A stretch of DNA of 64,000 nt from Verrucomicrobiota bacterium (GTDB lineage Bacteria; Verrucomicrobiota; Verrucomicrobiia; Limisphaerales; AAA164-E04), in the NCBI GenBank assembly GCA_047947115.1, contig CP170459.1, forward strand, positions 5,824,001-5,888,000. Direction: 5' to 3'. Positions 61,917 to 64,000 of the stretch are shown here, in pieces. Made by a program: the position numbers and the translations under genes. Within the stretch, counting starts at the first letter, position 1. The number at the start of each line of letters is the position of its first letter. Under the pieces are notes generated by a model, which was not told where the DNA came from, made no database searches, and saw nothing but the letters and a program-made list of their open reading frames with translations.

Positions 61917-62411
61917 ATGCCGACGGTGGGTGAACAACTGGCTTCCGCGAGAGAAGCCAAGGAGTGGAGTCTGGAAGATGTGGCTCGTCTGACCAAACTG
62001 CGTAGCGATCAGGTGCTTGCGCTGGAAGAAGGACGTTATCATATCTTTTCTGCTCCTGTTTACGTACGCGGTTTTGTCAAATCCTACGCCAAACTCGTTC
62101 ATCTCGACCCGGTTCCCCTGATCGAACAACTCAACACAGAGATCAACAAAGACAAGAAACTGGTCCAAGCCGAATCTTTGACCGGACCGGAGCGTGGTTT
62201 TGTTGAGTGGTTCGCTTATGCCCTTTCCCGGGTTCCCTGGCGCATTGTGCTTCCCTTGGTAGCCATTGTGGCGCTGGTAGGTATTTTTGTATGGGGCATG
62301 CAATGGTGGGAGAACACAAAAAATCGCGACCCCCTTGAGGAACTCCCCCCAGGCCTCTACGAACCTTCCCAACCCGTGCCGGCCGAATTCATCCGACCGG
62401 CACAGGAGTGA
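61917..62411 (+). CDS. RodZ-like HTH membrane protein (short form)
   Basis: GEQLASARE, ALEEG, YVRGFVKSYA, single TM. Confidence 0.85.
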   Translation: MPTVGEQLASAREAKEWSLEDVARLTKLRSDQVLALEEGRYHIFSAPVYVRGFVKSYAKLVHLDPVPLIEQLNTEINKDKKLVQAESLTGPERGFVEWFAYALSRVPWRIVLPLVAIVALVGIFVWGMQWWENTKNRDPLEELPPGLYEPSQPVPAEFIRPAQE

Positions 62412-62436
62412 AAGTCCTTTGTCCCCCGTAAAGTCT

Positions 62437-63567
62437 CTATACCTTCACGGTGCGACCGGTTTTGATCGATCGGTAGATGGCTTCAATGGCCTTGAGATCA
62501 CGGTATCCTTCTTCGCCGGAGACGGTTGATTCACGGTTTTCCAAAATGCATTTGGAAAAGACATCCATCTCGTTGGCGAACTGATCGATCACCGGTTTTT
62601 CGATAACATCTCCCTTACTGGTGCGACCTTTGATACCGCCATAACTGTAGGCAGGATCCAGGCTGAACCAACCACGATCACAATGGGCATGAAACCGATT
62701 GATTCCATTGAAATTGTAAGTCGTGCTGCAATAAGCCAGCACACCACTGGGGAACTTCATGGTCCAGACAATCGATTCATCCACTTCCGCAAACTTGACC
62801 GGATCGGTTTTGGTTTCCTGAGCGGAAATCTCAACAGGCTCTTCATCGGTCAGGAAGCGACAGGCCTGCAATGCGTAAATACCGACATCCATCAGGGCAC
62901 CCCCTCCGGCCAGATCAGCTTTCAAACGCCATTGATTTGGATCGCCAATGCGGAAGCCGAATCCGGCGTCAATCATTTTGAGGTTACCAAAAACCTTTTC
63001 ACGCGCCAAACGCATGCACTCGACGTTGTTGGGTTCGAATTGACAACGATAACCGATGGCCAGTTTTTTCCCGGCATCCTTGCAGGCATTGATCATCGCC
63101 CGGCAATCGGAAGATGAGTTCGCCATGGGCTTTTCGCACAACACGTGCTTGCCTGCTTTGGCTGCCCGAATGGTGTATTCAGGATGCATGCCGTTGGGGA
63201 GCACAATGTAGATGACGTCAATGTCGGGATTATTGGCGATCTGATCGTAATTGTCGTAGTTATAGCAGTTTTTAGCAGGAATGTTGTATTGAGCCTTCCA
63301 CTTCTCGATCTTGGAAGGCGTGCCGCTGACGACACCGGCGAGGTAGGAATGTTCGGTCTTCAGAAGTCCGGGAGCGATCTGATTGGTGCTCAAACCACCG
63401 AGACCAACCAGAGCGTAGCCCAGTTTTTTCTTTTCCTGAGATTGAACACGTGGCGCCCAAAGACCGGATTCACCAGCGATAGCTGCACCTGCGGTCAAGG
63501 TTCCCGCCTGTTTGATGAATGAACGGCGATTCGTGGTATTTTGCTTGGGAGAAGGGTTGTCTTGCAT
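62437..63567 (-). CDS. Gfo/Idh/MocA oxidoreductase (glucose-fructose oxidoreductase-like) with Tat signal
   Basis: NRRSFIK, VGLG, GKHVLCEKP, GGGALMDVGIY. Confidence 0.93.
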   Translation of the reverse strand: MQDNPSPKQNTTNRRSFIKQAGTLTAGAAIAGESGLWAPRVQSQEKKKLGYALVGLGGLSTNQIAPGLLKTEHSYLAGVVSGTPSKIEKWKAQYNIPAKNCYNYDNYDQIANNPDIDVIYIVLPNGMHPEYTIRAAKAGKHVLCEKPMANSSSDCRAMINACKDAGKKLAIGYRCQFEPNNVECMRLAREKVFGNLKMIDAGFGFRIGDPNQWRLKADLAGGGALMDVGIYALQACRFLTDEEPVEISAQETKTDPVKFAEVDESIVWTMKFPSGVLAYCSTTYNFNGINRFHAHCDRGWFSLDPAYSYGGIKGRTSKGDVIEKPVIDQFANEMDVFSKCILENRESTVSGEEGYRDLKAIEAIYRSIKTGRTVKV

Positions 63568-63630
63568 GCCCCTATTTTCCCCAAAAAAACACGGTTTGCC
63601 AAGTGCGAGTTTCAGGTCCAAATTCAGGAG

Positions 63631-63783
63631 CAGCTCCAGAGGCAGAGCGTGGCGCCCTTTTGAATAGTGAATTTAGAATGGTGAATGAAGTTGACGAGGT
63701 GAGGGATGGGTAGAGCGTGGCGTCTCGGCGCGCAATCCTTGTGGCTTCCATCCCCTGCATTGCACCCACCAAAGGAAAACCCA
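63631..63783. repeat. Second partial copy of the heptamer/GTAG repeat
   Basis: AATAGTGAATTTAGAATGGTGAAT matches the reverse complement of copy 1's right arm; GTAGAGCGTGGCG...CCATCCCCTGC...GGAAAACCC shared. Confidence 0.7.
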
Positions 63784-63795
63784 CCCCATTTCAAA

Positions 63796-64000
63796 TCAAG
63801 CCACCGCTGCAGGAAGAGGGCCAGAAGCAACAAGTTTTTTTTGTCTGGAATCGACTGATAGATTCAATCCCTCCAACGAGCGCGCACCTAGCAGAACCTG
63901 ATCACCCGGTTCTCCAAACACCACTTCGTCGATGGTAAAAGCCTTCCCAACCCGGATAATAACGAAACCGACACTGCGGGTAATCACTTCACCATTGGCC
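63796..64000 (-). CDS. Clan AA (retropepsin-like) aspartic protease, 3' part
   Basis: ANGEVITRSVG...DEVVFGEPGDQVLLGARSLEGLNLSVD; the catalytic DTG would lie outside the window. Confidence 0.7.
   Translation of the reverse strand, partial: ANGEVITRSVGFVIIRVGKAFTIDEVVFGEPGDQVLLGARSLEGLNLSVDSRQKKLVASGPLPAAVA

Noticed and set aside
61190..63783. Possible CRISPR array from the recurring repeats
   Set aside because: No regularly spaced identical repeats with unique spacers, and no cas genes.

Overview
Bacterial chromosomal window, most likely Verrucomicrobiota/PVC superphylum. This is inferred from the PSD1/DUF1501 pair, the PVC-type dehydrogenase, ThuA/DUF1080 proteins, the rpsL-rpsG-fusA-rpsJ order and a divergent EF-Tu switch I. 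Bases 1-18.4 kb (minus strand) hold the core translation/transcription cluster: tRNA-Thr, tuf, tRNA-Trp, tRNA-Ser, secE, nusG, rplKAJL, rpoBC, rpsLG, fusA, rpsJ, rplCDW and the start of rplB. The rest is a housekeeping/accessory mosaic: Gfo/Idh/MocA oxidoreductases, cyclophilin, NUDIX, peroxiredoxin, rplM-rpsI, carbohydrate genes (PL11 lyase, FAH, galK, ThuA x2, DUF1080, epimerases), topB-xerC, ccoG-fixH-DsbD_2 with a Cys-rich PocR-AraC regulator, radical SAM, USP, M32 peptidase, DJ-1, SPFH-HTH plus zinc-ribbon pair, and a partial aspartic protease. No CRISPR array, rRNA or intact transposase was seen. The best unannotated signals are: a 22-aa hydrophobic micro-ORF coupled to a membrane protein and a methyltransferase; a gene-cassette-like unit with non-canonical GGT/ACC attC-type cores; a promoter-to-terminator sRNA candidate with a sibling hairpin; a hidden ORF in frame with the cyclophilin TAG; structured RNAs in the rplJ-rplL, rplK-rplA and rpsG-fusA spacers; and a heptamer/REP-like repeat present twice. 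All family calls come from motif recognition by eye, not database searches.
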